In this document: piece after piece, positions 46,283-62,739 of the stretch | How positions within the stretch are numbered: the stretch's first letter is position 1 | Layout: every line of letters starts with the position of its first letter | Assembly (NCBI GenBank): GCA_964016885.1 | Contig: OZ024740.1 | Location: 139,686,001 to 139,750,000, forward strand | DNA: 64,000 bases | Direction: 5' to 3' | Source: Eledone cirrhosa | Lineage: Eukaryota | Translations under genes and position numbers: made by a program | Notes under the pieces: generated by a model | Databases searched by the model: none | What the model was told of the DNA's origin: nothing | What the model saw: only the letters and a program-made list of their open reading frames with translations

Positions 46283-47026
46283 ATATATATATATATATAT
46301 ACGTATGTATGTATATACATATGGCTGAACTTATAACATGAAGTTCACATGAATATATGTCACTATCTTTACACCAATTATTATATTTTATCTGACGAAA
46401 GCGTACTAAAATATTAGTACCCTTGAAATACGTATAATAAAATAAATATGGTTTTATAAAGATATTTTCCATTTATTTATATTATTGGTATTAATGATAC
46501 TCCGGATAAATCCCGTGGAGTGCTTCTAATCTGTTGTAAATTAACTTTGTTGAATAATCAACAAACCAAATAACTTATTGTGAATGCACCCGCCAAAAGC
46601 TGGGGTTACCTCCCTTGCAGGGTAAACACGTGGGTAGTCATTTCACTACTACCGCATTGGATCCCGGTAGCCGGCTGAGAACAAAATACCTGTTGACGAA
46701 ATGGCTATCGTGTTCGATCCTTATACCAAAAGCTTACAACGAAAGCAGGCAGTATAATTGATCCAGAAGTCACAGAAACCTGGATTTTACCAACACTTTC
46801 CAGGAGATCCAGGTAAATTCTTTTGTTAACCTGTTTAGCTTGCTTCCTTGTTTTTTTTGCTCCGGTGGCTGATGGCTTCACGACCACTGTTTTCATTTTA
46901 GCTGGGCTTTATAACGTATGTTAATTGCTCTGGTCTTCTTTTAGTCCATTGAGCGCTTGCCGCATATCTCGAAGATTGCGTTTCGTTTTGTTTTTGGCCC
47001 CCGCCGAAATAAGATCTCGCTGAAAT

Positions 47027-47200
<174 letters not shown>

Positions 47201-47209
47201 ATATATATA

Positions 47210-47258
<49 letters not shown>

Positions 47259-47273
47259 ATATATATATATATA

Positions 47274-47404
<131 letters not shown>

Positions 47405-47499
47405 ATATATACATATATTTGGGTTTACAAATACGAGGAAAAGGTGCTGAATACTAAAGTAGAGAATATATATTTATTATATTATATTATATAAGGTAT

Positions 47500-47700
47500 C
47501 GCAGTTGAGCCTCGCAAGTTGGAATGGCTCTTCCAGCGCGTCTCCCCCACCATCCTCCGGGGAAACGCCGTCTCTATTCTGTCCGCCGAGGCCGCAGGGT
47601 GGCCAGCGTGTGTGCCCCTAGTTGCTCATAATAGTGAAAGATGGGTAGAGCGGGAGAGCCGGAGACAGTGACAGTGGGAGTTTGGTTCCTTTTTGTTCGG
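47500..47700 (+). pseudogene. CRE-like REL 3' end fragment
   Basis: EWLFQRVSPTILRGNAVSILSA; homologous to 53290-53465. Confidence 0.75.
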
Positions 47701-47911
47701 ACCTGGTGTTTATGTATATATTTATTTACCGCTTCATACATTTATTGAAAGACTAATAAGGTCTCTTTCTTGACGTATTTTTCCCGTGAGACTTGAATCA
47801 GCTCATTCACGCTCTTTCGGTTCGTAGAGAACTACGTAAAAAACAATTTGTTGCAGAGTTCATACCGACCAGCTAAGATGTAGTGGTCAACTGTCTCACA
47901 CAGACCCCTTT

Positions 47912-47989
<78 letters not shown>

Positions 47990-48440
47990 CTCTCTCTCTT
48001 TGCTTCTCTCTCTCCCTCACTCTCGCTACCAGGCCAAATAAATTCATCGCATTAACAGAAGTTTGGTGAATACATTTAATAATACTTTTGCAAGCAAACA
48101 CGCACACATCTTACCTAAAACACATCACAAAATTCTTCATGTATTGTTGTATACCTTCGACGAAAGTTATATTTAATAAATTAGTAATATAGCTTCACAA
48201 TGAAATGTCTACTAACATTTCTCCCAGAAGCCACTTCCATCGCACGCGAAATAATGGCGGGATATTCAATCTAGGTTTGTATTGTTTTAGTGCCGCGTTC
48301 ATGCAATAGATATTCCCTGTCGATTTTATCTGTAGCATTTGTGACAAAATTCCAAAAGTTGAGTATAAAAAATTATCTCTATTTTCATATTACTGGTTGC
48401 TACTTTTTTGTCACAAGTCACGTGTTCAAATACCTATACT

Positions 48441-48495
<55 letters not shown>

Positions 48496-49168
48496 GGTAT
48501 GCTGAGTGAATATGCTTCGCTGAGAAGATCTAATAAGATCTAAATATGTCTCTTTCTTTCAACTAGTTTGCTACATTGTCTTAATTTGTTCCTAACCTTA
48601 TTGGAATTGGGGTATCAAAATTGCAAAGATAATCTCAGTTGCGAGACTCTATTTCTATGTTTACACTTCATGCAGAGCGGTCCGCTCTGGCATGTTCGCA
48701 TCTACTCTTTATTCACATATATGTACATATGTGTGTATGTGGATCAAAAGAAAAATAAATTGGTATGATACCACAAAAGCCGGTAGAGGTATGATTTGAA
48801 CTCGTAAAAAGATTTGAACGGTAAAAGATCTAATTTTGTACATTTGAGCTTAGATCATCTCCATTCCTTTAGATTCAAGAAGTCGCAATTTTAGAAATGA
48901 CAGTGTAGGAATGGCAGCTCTACAATGTGCATCACGTCTCGTAGTTATGTGCCACATACTCCAAATAAAATAATTTCAACTTAGTTTGCTAAACTGACGA
49001 TCTTGGTTTTTGACGCAGCAAAGATCTTTAGTGGCAATAATGTATTTAATATAATTATAGAAATTTGTATACAACTGTGATCCTTTCTGCGCCCTAGTTG
49101 GACATAGAAGTAGCGCAGACTCTGTGTGTGTTTAGATGATTGAATATATTTCCTTGAATAGTATAATA

Positions 49169-49588
<420 letters not shown>

Positions 49589-49647
49589 TATATATATATA
49601 TATGCATATATAAATACACACACACACACATACATATATACGCACAT

Positions 49648-49678
<31 letters not shown>

Positions 49679-50310
49679 CGCACACACAAACATATATATA
49701 TACGCACACACACACGCACACACACATATATATATATATGTATAATGCGTGTGGGGGAAGGATGGGTTCTATTTTTACGGTAGCATACGCTGATGAAATA
49801 CGAACTTCTGTCCTTCCATATATCATCTATTTAAACTCTGTAGTCGAGAGACATTCAGAGACGGGGTGAAGAGGCAGGGAGACAGGGGGTGTGCATGGAG
49901 GAGTGCGTATACACGCGCATGTGATTGTGTGGATGCGTATCGGGATGAGAAAAAAAAGCGTTGAAACATTGCAAAGATGTGAAGTTACTACTGCTAGTGG
50001 TGTTGTATTTGATTGTGTTGCTGGTGGTGGTGGTGGTGGTGGTGAGGGAGGGAGGGGTGGGGGGCTGTGGCGGTGTTACTGCCAGTGATAGTAGGAGTGA
50101 TGGGTATGGTAGAGGGATGTTGTCTTTCATTATCAATGATTTAATAGAAAAGTCAACTGAAAGGCTATGAGGAGGACATAAACGGGAGGCGAAGCTGTTA
50201 AGAAGAAAACGGCGATGTATCAAGGAGGAAGAAGTTGGGGGGAAGGGGAAATACGTAAAAACTCCTGGTGTGGGTTTTGTTTGTTTATTTGTGTGTTGGT
50301 TCTTTTCCTG

Positions 50311-50351
<41 letters not shown>

Positions 50352-50580
50352 GGTATGTATATATATTATACCCTTCATGATTTAGTAGACTACAGAGAAG
50401 AAGCTTTGTCAGGTTCCTCGTTTCAAAGTTGACAGTAAATGGTGATTCAAACTCTCATAACTATTGTTATTATTTAATATATTGTGAAGGCTGTGCAGTA
50501 CAGTAGATAGTAAACGGTGGACCTGAATGTTTAAATAGAATCCGTGAAACATCTATCAATATAGTTTACCACTACTGAGG

Positions 50581-50686
50581 CTTCTGTCTTCTTCTTCTTC
50601 TTCTTCTTCTTCTTCTTCTTCTTCTTCTTCTTCTCCTTCTCCTTCTCCTTCTTCTTCTTCTTCTTCTTCTCCGTCGTCGTCTTCTT
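50581..50686. repeat. (TTC)n microsatellite
   Basis: Direct reading. Confidence 0.95.
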
Positions 50687-51194
50687 CATGTCAGCCCCAA
50701 AACATTCCAGCCATAATCATTACTTTCTTTCCTCAGAAATAATGTACTCTCCACTATGTCTCCTTTCTTTAAAATATTGTGTGTATGATATGAAAGAGAA
50801 TTGGTTACTATTTCTAGCAGATCGAAATACCATTTGTAGGTTCTCTCGTTAAATGGATTAGATTTTAACGACATAGCGAGGTCCTTAGAATATCCGAGGA
50901 TCTTTAATAGTGTCACAAGCTATGAATATGAAATTCTGTGCCGAAATATGAGCTACTTAATGATCTCATTGAAAAAGTGTAATGTAAATTCCATGTATTT
51001 CTCCTGTTTATCACAGATTCATCAGACAAGAACTGACGTTTCAATAGCAGACACAATATAAATAAAGGAAGAGTTGAGGGGGAGGGGAGGAGGATTTAAT
51101 TAAGGAGGGGTGATTAAGATAGGGTGGAAAGGGTGATGGTAGCAGTGGAGGAGGATATGGTTGTGTGAAAAAGAACGTGACAATGGGTGATACT

Positions 51195-51320
51195 GGACAT
51201 AACCATAGACTTTTAACCGGTCAGTAGGCATAGCCATAGAATTTTAACTGCCAAACGTAGGTATAGCCATGGAGTTTTAACTGGTCAGTCGACATAGCCA
51301 TAGAATCTTAGCTGGTCAGT
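51195..51320 (+). repeat. About 31-bp minisatellite x4
   Basis: G.CATAGCCATAGA.TTTTAAC.GGTCAGT units. Confidence 0.75.
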
Positions 51321-53029
51321 GGGAGGCAGGTGATGAATGTAAATGTGGGTGTATAGAGAGTTAGGGAAAAGGACGGTAGGGTTGGCAGGATGGAGTGGTG
51401 GATGGAATATACGTATGTGTACAATTACACATGTACATAAATATATATATACATACACACAAACGTATATATATACACACTAAATATACATATGCATGTG
51501 CTTACATATATGTAAATAAATGTATATGTACACACACAAAAACACCTACACACATAAAAGGCATACCAGGAAATATATATTCAAAAGTTATAAAAAGTTA
51601 TAAAAAAAAGCTTATAAAAAATGATAAAAGATGATAAAAATTATAAAAGTTATTAAAAAAAGTTATTTAAAAAAATGAAAATATATATATACACGTACAT
51701 ATACGCGCATGTAAACCTAAACATATATATACATATATATACAGACATATACATATATATACAGACATATACACATACACACATACACACACACACACAT
51801 ATGTATATACATACAAACACACACGCATACATATGAACGTCCATATACACATACAAATATGCGTTCATATAGACATAAAATACGCGCAAATTTATAAATA
51901 ACTGCATACAAAGACATACATATATACACACAGATATGTATATGAATATACAAGTTCTAATGCATCCATACGTATTTACGATGGGTGGGTGGGTTTAAGG
52001 GTACTGCGGGGAGGGGGGAGGGGGAGGTAGTGGTGGTGACAGCGATGGTGTTGGTGTAGTGGGAATGAGTAAAGAATGTAAATCGATGTAGTTTTGAAAT
52101 TAAAGAAAAAAATGCGATGAATATTATGAGAATATAAAATGATAGAAGCTATGGCGGGGGAAGGAATGAGTGGCAATGGTGGGAAGTAAATATGTGAAAC
52201 ATATAAGATATATGAATATAACTTATGGAGAGATAACTAGAATGAAGATTGTAGAAATATAAATGTTATGGAATTATATATGATGATGAAAGTGGTGGTA
52301 GCAGGGTGGTGTGGGTGTTAGGCACATGTAAGATATAAGATATGAGGAATAAAGGAAATAAGGGAAAAATTAAAAAGCTGTAAATGTAAAAAATGAAGGG
52401 GAAATGAAAGGTTGAAAAGTTGGAAAGATGACAAAAATGGAAGAAAAGAAAATAAATAAAAATTTAAAAAAAAGCTTTTTCAATTTTAAAATTTAAAATT
52501 CAAAAAGAAAATAATGAAAATTTATAATGATAATAATAATTATTATTTCATTTATTGGCTACAAGGGCCGACATGTAGGTGACAATACAAAGACAGGGAC
52601 AGTGGGGTTTTACAATAAGCTCGAGTAAAAGTGCACAATGGCAAAACTAATTTAACAATGAAGATATAAAAAATATAAAATAAACTATGCATAAATATAA
52701 CAAAATAAATTGCCCAATAGGGGGGGTGGACGACCCAGGGGTGACTCAGGTACCCCACCAATCCTGAACCACCCTGCTCTTCTAGGGCACCTGGGGGTGA
52801 GCACCCTTCTCCTCTTCAAATTAGCCAGCCTATAGGCGCATGGTCGGAGTAGGCCCACTCACACGGGCCATTCTCGCCATAATAATAATATAAGGATTAG
52901 ATATAAGAATGGTGGCGGTCATAGAATTATGAAGTATAATATATGGCATATGACGTATAACACATAAGAGAGGTGAAATATATAAAACAGATTGTTTTTG
53001 ATGCTGGGTTACCTGCAGTTAGTGAGGCT

Positions 53030-53520
53030 TAGGTGGTGGCAGTAGTTGCCGAGATATACTGTCTAGACGGGGTAGGATGGTCTGTGGGATGTCTTCCTCA
53101 TAATGAGTTGGGGGGAGCTAGTCAATTTGGTTTGGCCTTTCTAATTGCTAATGCTATCTATACTGGTCGCAAATCCAGACAGAAGGAGCAACATGAAATA
53201 AAGTGTCTTATGCCCTTAGCAGTGGAGACTTCTGCTGTCCTTGGCCCTACTCACCACCATAGGCGCTGAGCTGGCCAGCCGCAGGTGTGAGCCTCGCGAG
53301 TTGGAATGGTTCTTCCAGCGCATCTCCCTTACCATCCTCCGGGGAAACGCCTTCTCCATTCTGTCCGCCGGGGCTGTGGGGAGGCCACCACGTGGGACCC
53401 CATTTGCTCAACATACAGAGAGATGGAGGCGGTGACAGTGGGTGTTCGGCTCTTCATCGTTCGGACCATATCCTTGTGGTTGTGTTCATTAAGCAGTTAA
53501 TGAGTCTGTTTGTGCTTCCA
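53030..53520 (+). pseudogene. CRE-like REL C-terminus and 3' UTR
   Basis: MPLAVETSAVLGP and EPRELEWFFQRISLTILRGNAFSILS. Confidence 0.8.
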
Positions 53521-53682
53521 TAAATCTTACCTCCACCATTTGATTCTAATAGTAAGAAGTATTCTACCAAGATTATCAATAACTCGCTTGTACTTATAAT
53601 AAAACCTCTCTTCAGACTCATCAAGGACAAAACGCATCACCCAGTGCGGGAATCGAACTCACAACCTCACGATTGCGAATCC

Positions 53683-53754
<72 letters not shown>

Positions 53755-53761
53755 ATATATA

Positions 53762-53845
53762 TTGCAGAAACTAATTAGTTGGAGTGAAAATTTTAGTAAG
53801 TAAGTTAATTTTTTTAATTTTTTTAAAATTTTCTTATTTTACGTC

Positions 53846-53850
<5 letters not shown>
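53762..53850 (+). mobile_element. Family G 3' fragment
   Basis: Matches 60272-60356, including GAAACUAAUUAGUU. Confidence 0.85.
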
Positions 53851-53897
<47 letters not shown>

Positions 53898-53902
53898 ATA
53901 TT

Positions 53903-53940
<38 letters not shown>

Positions 53941-54003
53941 AATGAAAGGTATAGAAAACACTGCAGCGAAAAGCGAACAGCTTTATATATATATGTGTGT
54001 GTG

Positions 54004-54080
<77 letters not shown>

Positions 54081-54086
54081 TATTAG

Positions 54087-54259
<173 letters not shown>

Positions 54260-54689
54260 CTATCACCTAATAAACTCGTGATATACCAGTGCCAAATTAC
54301 ATATTACTGCCGAGATGAAGTCAGAAAAATAATAACAAAATGAAAAATAACACAAAGACTCTGGGGCTTAGAGCAAATTAAATTTGGTAGCACGATAGTG
54401 GAACAGATTTGGAACCAACATTGTCTGCGGTGTGATAATGCTAATATACTAGTAACGATAGCCAAGCGAAAATGGGCACCTGAGCGCACGCGCGTGTGTT
54501 TGTGCTTATATGTGTGTATATGCATGAATATGCGTATTTATATGTATTTATGTCGATTTGAGTGTTTATCTGTATGTGCGTCTACATGTGTGTGTATGTG
54601 TGTGTGTGTGTTTGTTTGTGCGTGTGTGTGTGTGCCTATAAATATGTGGGTATATGAGTAACAAGGATTGTTGTGAAGACGCATGACTT

Positions 54690-54960
54690 TGGCCTTATCG
54701 TATTCGGCTCACGATCGTAAGGTCGTAAGTTCGTCTCTCAGTGATGCATTGCTTCCATGAGCAAAACATCGTATTTCATGTTGATCCAATATTCAAGGAC
54801 CAGCCCTGTCACACAGTGTGTTACACTGAATCTCCATGGGGACTACATTAAAGGTGCATGTGTCTATGGACTGCTCAGCCACTTGCACGTCAATTTCACA
54901 AGCTGGCTTTTCCGTTAATTAACAACGCGAGCACTCCTCGTCAGAACCGATGGAGGTCAA
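54690..54960 (+). mobile_element. Second tRNA-headed SINE family (reverse copy at about 55975-56270; head fragment at 53615-53685)
   Basis: tRNA-like B-box head and a shared tail containing AAGGTGCATGTGTCTATGG...CTCA.CCACTT. Confidence 0.6.
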
Positions 54961-56278
54961 CAACACTATAACAACAATAGCGAAGGGATGTTGTTTACAG
55001 GATGTGTGGCACGAGGGAATAGAAAAGATTCCAAACTTCGGTGACGTGATGGCGCTAATAATTCTAGTCTCTTATATTGGCACAAGACCAAAGGTTAGTA
55101 AGGGAGATAATCTATTGATTTGGCACCAATACATTATTAATATATGTTTGTTTTGTATGTTTGTTTTGATTAGCTTCACCAAAGACTGGAAGTTTAGATT
55201 CGACAGCAGCTGGATTTTGTTGTTGTTTTTTTACTTATTGTATTTTCCTTATGCCTAAGTAAAAGAAGTAAGTAAAAGAAGTAAGTTCATGACTTTTTGT
55301 AGGTCTGCTCTTGTTTCTGTTGCTTAAATCATTCCAACTTTGAATAGTCCGTAATGTTTGAAGCATCATATTTCTAAGACTTCATTATCAAATACGAGTT
55401 CCCGTTTTAGGATTACAGGGTAGAAATTTAGGGAGATTTGGTTGCTATCTCTAGCAAAGCGATCAACAAGCCTTTGCAGGATCTGAGTTAGGGTTTTATC
55501 CGAGATTGAACTCCCCTAAAATACACCCAAAGATCAGATAGTGGGTTCTACAAATAATAACCATATTCCTAACAAAAGAAATGTCACCCTCACCCCCATC
55601 AGGATTTTGAATGAATGAAGAAAAAAGGAAAAGAGAGGAGCCGATCGTCAGATCGAACCAGAGGAACAGCTTGTCCGTTGCAACCCTTAGCAAAATCATA
55701 ATCTAACTTTTTTAAAGATGTAACGCTTCACCACCATAGTCTCTAAGGTGGATTTTAAGGCCAGCAGTTGGTTGTGGTATCATAATGGCAGATCTAATAA
55801 AAGCTTGTGCATTTCAAAAGGTTTGTCAGTCTCACGTGTGATTTTAATACATACGTACGTACTTACCTACATTAATACATAAATACATACATTCATAAAT
55901 ACACACACAGACTTACCCATACATATATATATATGTGTGCGTGTGTGTGCGCGCGCGCGTGCACATAAAATTTGTGAATCCTTCGTCGGTTTCGTCGATG
56001 AGCATTCAGTTGTTTAATCAACTGAACGTCCAGCTGGTGAATTCTGTCTAAGTGGTTGAGTATACCATAGACATATGCACCCTTAATGTTATTCCTGGGC
56101 TGAATGGGCGAGATACAGTATGTGACATGCTGGGAGCTTTGAATTACAGGTACAATGCATCCGATAGACTTCTATATAATAACCGTCTCCCCAGGTTACT
56201 GTAAAGACACATGCTCATGGAATCAAACAAGAAACGTTACGATTGCAAATGATTTAACCACTCAGCCAAATCATATAT

Positions 56279-56334
<56 letters not shown>

Positions 56335-56336
<2 letters not shown>

Positions 56337-56893
56337 TAAAATATGTCTTTAGAATCACTAGATATAATATATACCATTTCCTCTCCCAATTAGCATAATT
56401 AACAATATAAAAAATCAATTAGACAAAACTATAAGAATAAAGGCTCCTATGAAGAAATCTCCGACAAATAACCGAAAACAGCCCCTTCGCGGCGGCAACG
56501 ATAGATTATTTATCTAACATTTGTACAGCATGTAAAAATCGACCAGATATACAGTCAACCAAACACAATTAGGTGTAAAAATTGAACTTAGAAGAATTGT
56601 GTACATACCAAATTACCTCTACCATGGTTTCATCCGTATTTTAAGACATCCGATAACGGAATGTCTAGAGTTTCGGAATCATCAGGAGCGAACTCAAAAT
56701 TAGACATTTAATTATCCAAAGTGATCGCGCCAAAAATACATTCAAAAATGGCTATGGTTAATTATGCTAATTGGGAGAGGAAATGGTATATATTATATCT
56801 AGTGATTCTAAAGACATATTTTATTATATATAGCTCTGATTGTTTAATTTATTAATTTTTCATTGAGCCACAACGTGACCTGTTGCAAAACAC
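56335..56893. mobile_element. Family D foldback; hammerhead at 56615-56690 (-)
   Basis: 56335-56403 is the reverse complement of 56757-56826; CUC CUGAUGA UUCCG...CGGAU GAAACCAUGGUA GAG. Confidence 0.88.
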
Positions 56894-57012
56894 ATATATA
56901 TCTATGACTTTTTATATATATGTATGTAAACCTTTATATATATTTTAGGGTTTAAAATATATATAACTATAAAAGGTTTTAGTATATACATAACCATAAA
57001 TAGTATCCTTAA

Positions 57013-57179
<167 letters not shown>

Positions 57180-57464
57180 AATTTTAGTACAGCATTAACG
57201 AAGCTTTAATTTGCGGCCAAGGTAACGAATGCGAATTCGGTATGTAGATTTACCACTCGAATGGGAATAGTACCCCAGAGTAATAACAATACGTTTAGAC
57301 AGCTTAGCAAATCAAATATAGCGATCGGCAGTCCAGCCGCATTACCACAGCAACGAAAATACAGGACTCAGGAAAAGATTTTAGACTGACCTGGACAGAA
57401 TGCTGGGACTGAATGGAATATATAATGCATATCGTATAGCACACGATATACATCACATACAGCA

Positions 57465-57577
57465 CACAACATCAGCGCTAGGTTTCTGCAAATCTAAGAT
57501 CGACAAATTCCGCTTGCAGGGGTCTGCCAGTTAATGGTTTTTGGCGACAGAACAAAGGATTTACTTCTTCAGCAAGT
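57465..57577 (-). ncRNA. Hammerhead-like core, stems I and III degenerate
   Basis: CUGAAGA A-GUAAAUC...GAUUUGC-A GAAAC in TA-flanked segment 57178-57705. Confidence 0.45.
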
Positions 57578-57702
57578 CTTGTGTTCTTTAGCCTCTGCGG
57601 GTACGTTCTAGCAGTGAATTTCGTTATAGACACGTGGTTTTCTCCAAGTGAGGTAACCCCCGCTTTGGCGGTGAATCAAATTTGAGACAAAGGAATGAAA
57701 TT

Positions 57703-57777
<75 letters not shown>

Positions 57778-58367
57778 TCAGACCTGTCAACTCTTCCGGT
57801 CCGACGGGGAGATCTCCCACCCACTTTGGGGTGGGTGAGAGATGTCTTCTCTTGTGAAAATGGGTATAGCTTTCATTATGTAAAATCTCCCCATTTTGAG
57901 CCATTTCTCTCCGTTTGTATGTATATGGGAATGGGTTACGTAATGCATCCATCTCCTGGATTCAAGCAGGTATCTGACTAATGTAAATTATAAAACCTTA
58001 GTGAATGTAGAGCAGAATTTAAAATGACTGACGTCTGCAGTACATCCGTTGACGATTCAGATACACTGAGATACATTCAACTATGCTATAGATTTAGTTA
58101 CATAGCTATAAGTACGTTTCACGTATTTGGATATCAGTGCTTGCTATTGTTAGTGTTTATGAATTAAAGTACTGAGTACTTATGAACTAAAGTACTGACT
58201 ACTTATGAACTAAAGTACTGTGTTAATAAACTGAAGATAAATATACATGTAAGTATGTGTGGTTAAGAAGTTTACATCGTTTCCATGCGGTATCAGGTTC
58301 AATTCTACTGATTACTACGAGTCAAATTGAGCAGGTATCTTCTACTATAACCCTTTTGACCTTATGA

Positions 58368-58404
58368 ATGGAATTAGGTTGACAAAAACTGCAGAAACCC
58401 ATCA

Positions 58405-58482
<78 letters not shown>

Positions 58483-58515
58483 TGATGGGTTTCTGCAATT
58501 TTTGTCAACCTAATT

Positions 58516-58520
<5 letters not shown>
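58368..58520. repeat. Inverted duplication centred on a (TA)n tract
   Basis: ATGGAATTAGGTTGACAAAAA.TGCAGAAACCCATCA(TC)n-(TA)n-(GA)nTGATGGGTTTCTGCA.TTTTTGTCAACCTAATTCCAT. Confidence 0.9.
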
Positions 58521-58570
<50 letters not shown>

Positions 58571-58576
58571 TATATA

Positions 58577-58607
<31 letters not shown>

Positions 58608-58654
58608 AATATATATATATATATTATATATATATATATATAAATATATATATA

Positions 58655-59612
<958 letters not shown>

Positions 59613-59628
59613 GTGCAAACCTTTATAA

Positions 59629-59659
<31 letters not shown>

Positions 59660-59664
59660 GAGAG

Positions 59665-60349
59665 AGAGAGAATTAGTATATTTACCAACATATGCGTACA
59701 GATGTACACTAATGCTAGCAAATACATAAGTTATGTCATAGTACCTAGGTGGTTCAATGCAGGAGGATGCAGAACATTTATATGAAAGACGTAAAATAAG
59801 AAAATTAAAAATTAAAAATTAACTTACTTACTAAAATTGTTCTGCATCCTCCTGCATTGAACCACCTAGGTACTATGACATAACTTATGTATTTGCTAGC
59901 ATTAGTGTACATCTGTACTCATATGTTGGTAAATATACTAATTCTCTATATTTATCTCCAAATTATTTATTTCTTGAGCAAACCTGTCAAATCCACTACT
60001 AATGCAATGTAGTGGTAGTAGGCTTTTATCATTATACCACCCCACTCCTTCCGACTAGCCTCAGTGTCACGTGATTGATTCTTTAGAATCTGCCGTTTGA
60101 CCAGAGACAGTGAACTTTTTCAGTGCTATGGAATTCAATCCACCGAATTATTATTATTTTTATATGAGTCCCTAGTGTTCGCGCATTGCCTGGAGACTTA
60201 GCTGAGAATAGACTCCCTGATGACGTAATGAATTCTCGATGGTTACATTGCGTAACTATCTTTATCCCATTACAGAAACTAATTAGTTGGAGTGAAAATT
60301 TTAGTAAGTAAGTTAATTTTTAATTTTTAAAATTTTCTTATTTTACGTC

Positions 60350-60358
<9 letters not shown>
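59665..60358. mobile_element. Family G foldback with circularly permuted 523-nt monomer
   Basis: 59665-59776 is the reverse complement of 59838-59948; 59779-59837 is the reverse complement of 60299-60358, joined directly to the monomer start. Confidence 0.9.
60212..60293 (+). ncRNA. Type I hammerhead ribozyme
   Basis: ACUCC CUGAUGA C-GUAAUG...CAUUAC-A GAAACUAAUUAGUU GGAGU. Confidence 0.85.
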
Positions 60359-60432
<74 letters not shown>

Positions 60433-60474
60433 CAATCAATGTTTATCGTTGATTGACCAACGGTTAAAATACAG

Positions 60475-60528
<54 letters not shown>

Positions 60529-62286
60529 GTGTGTGTCCCTGTGTTTACGTTTCGTCTGTTTATATCCTGTAACTTAGCTCTTCCACAAAAAGGGATCCAC
60601 TAACGAAGTACTAGAAGTACTATACTTGAAGAAATAAATGCTGGGTCGATATGATCGACTAAATCAGGCCGGCTGTTTAATGACTGAAACCAATAAAAGA
60701 TAAATGTTAGATAAACATACATTTAGTTAAACTACATAATTTTATCTGCAAGAGAACCTCAACTAGGTTTTGTCATATTATCAAGAATACCTGCGTTTTC
60801 CTGTTCGCCCTACAGAGAGATAACGGGGTTTAGATCTACTTATAAAGACTGAAATGAGGAAGTGACCGCTCTGAAATCACGTGGAAAAAGACGTATAAAT
60901 TGTACAACGTGGCCCTAGAAAGACCATGTCTGATTAAAAGCTTGTGTGTAGCAAAATCTGTCCACACCTTAACCCCTGGGTGACATTTAACGGTCAATTT
61001 CTGAGTTATCTATTTTCGGGCGTAAACAGGTCTAAGAGTGGACGACCTCTAAAGATCAGCCCTTTGTTCTCAAGGCTTGGGGTCAGAGAAAGCAACATAG
61101 ATAAATAGCCTGCCTTGGACCAGCATAGCAGCAGTTTGGCGTGGTTCTTGATAGAGTAAACATGTAAAACATTTGCTTTCTACAGACCTCTTGTGGTCTT
61201 ACTGACTCTTACTTTCTTTTACTCTCTCTTTCTCTCAATCTCTATCTTTTGATTTCTGTCTTAACCAAGACTGTGAAGTTCATGAAGTTTTCTTGGTAAA
61301 TATAATTTAATTCTACTTTTACAAACACAAACAAAGAAATAACATCCATAATTCTTGTGTATTTTTTGTATAGATCCGGTATGAGCTATTTTCAATAAAT
61401 TAATAATATAGCGGTTTGGTGTCATCGTGGTTCATTTATATATATTCATTTTCTGCGTGATCAAGGAACTATCATATCATCACTATTTTATTGAACACTT
61501 ACTCACTTACCTGAATACATGCAACCTCTGGTCACACTGTATCACACAACAGTGGCCACACGACACAACAAGCTACAAATAAGTACACACGCAACAAACG
61601 AATCAACACCACAACACAATCAATTACCAACGCGACCATCAAAAATCATCGCTATATATGTAATTGTCACAGTACAATACATTGTACATTATATTACAGT
61701 GCGAGACAACAGAGTACAGTTCATGCCATGAGAACTGATCACCTGATGGCGAAATAGGAACGCCGTTTTCATACATGTCGTGTTTTGTGCATTTTAAACA
61801 CGGCGGAGCCCATCCCACTCAAAGTCTGACTTTGACCGATTACTTCCAAGGTTACCAACAACACCATTACGAATTCCACTTCTACCATCACCACCAACAA
61901 CAACATTACCCCCACTATTACCATCACACACATACATTCCCTTCATAGCACCTCAATCCCCGCTACGACAGTATTACTATTAAGAAAACAAAAAACAAAA
62001 CAAAACAAAAACTACAGTCCCCTCACACAACTATCCCTCAACACGTCATATTATGTGTACTAAGTTACCAGCAATAACGATATCTTGGTTGATTTGAGTT
62101 TGATAATTCTGCACTAGAAGGAACAGTGACCTCAATATATGGGGAAACTACAAACAAACATGATAATCTGAATGAGATACTGAGATATGTAGTAAGGTTC
62201 ACTGGGCCATGATTACAGTGTTCGAAATAAATTTATAATAGATATAGTAAATATGTGTGTTTGTATATATATATATATATATATAT

Positions 62287-62480
62287 AACGAAGGAAATGT
62301 GGTAAGGAACCAGGTGGACCATAACGCACCAAAGTACTCAATACTTCGGGTAGTAGAGTGGGTAATAGGAACAAGTAAGACCCCGACGGCTGAGCTCAAG
62401 CCGTTTCGACGGCTAATTCTGTACAGTACAGAATTAGCCGTCGAAACGGCTTGAGCTCAGCCGTCGGGGTCTTACTTGTT

Positions 62481-62484
<4 letters not shown>
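62287..62484. mobile_element. Family A foldback (opposite orientation to the 10471 copy)
   Basis: 62366-62424 is the reverse complement of 62426-62484; centre CTGTAC-A-GTACAG; TA tracts on both sides. Confidence 0.92.
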
Positions 62485-62530
<46 letters not shown>

Positions 62531-62533
<3 letters not shown>

Positions 62534-62630
62534 GTTGTCCCCACAAAATGTATACACATTTTGATTACCTGTACAAGCAATACTTATTAGAATGCTGTTT
62601 AAGTGCGTATACATTTTGGGGGATTCTCTA
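62531..62630. mobile_element. Short Tc1/mariner-type MITE
   Basis: Imperfect TIRs CAGGTTGTCCCCACAAAATGTATACAC and GCGTATACATTTTGGGGGATTCTCTA, TA flanks. Confidence 0.65.
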
Positions 62631-62642
62631 TATATAAAGAAA

Positions 62643-62739
<97 letters not shown>

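Noticed and set aside
53630-53690. tRNA gene candidate
   Set aside because: Only a B-box-like head continuing into SINE body; no complete cloverleaf
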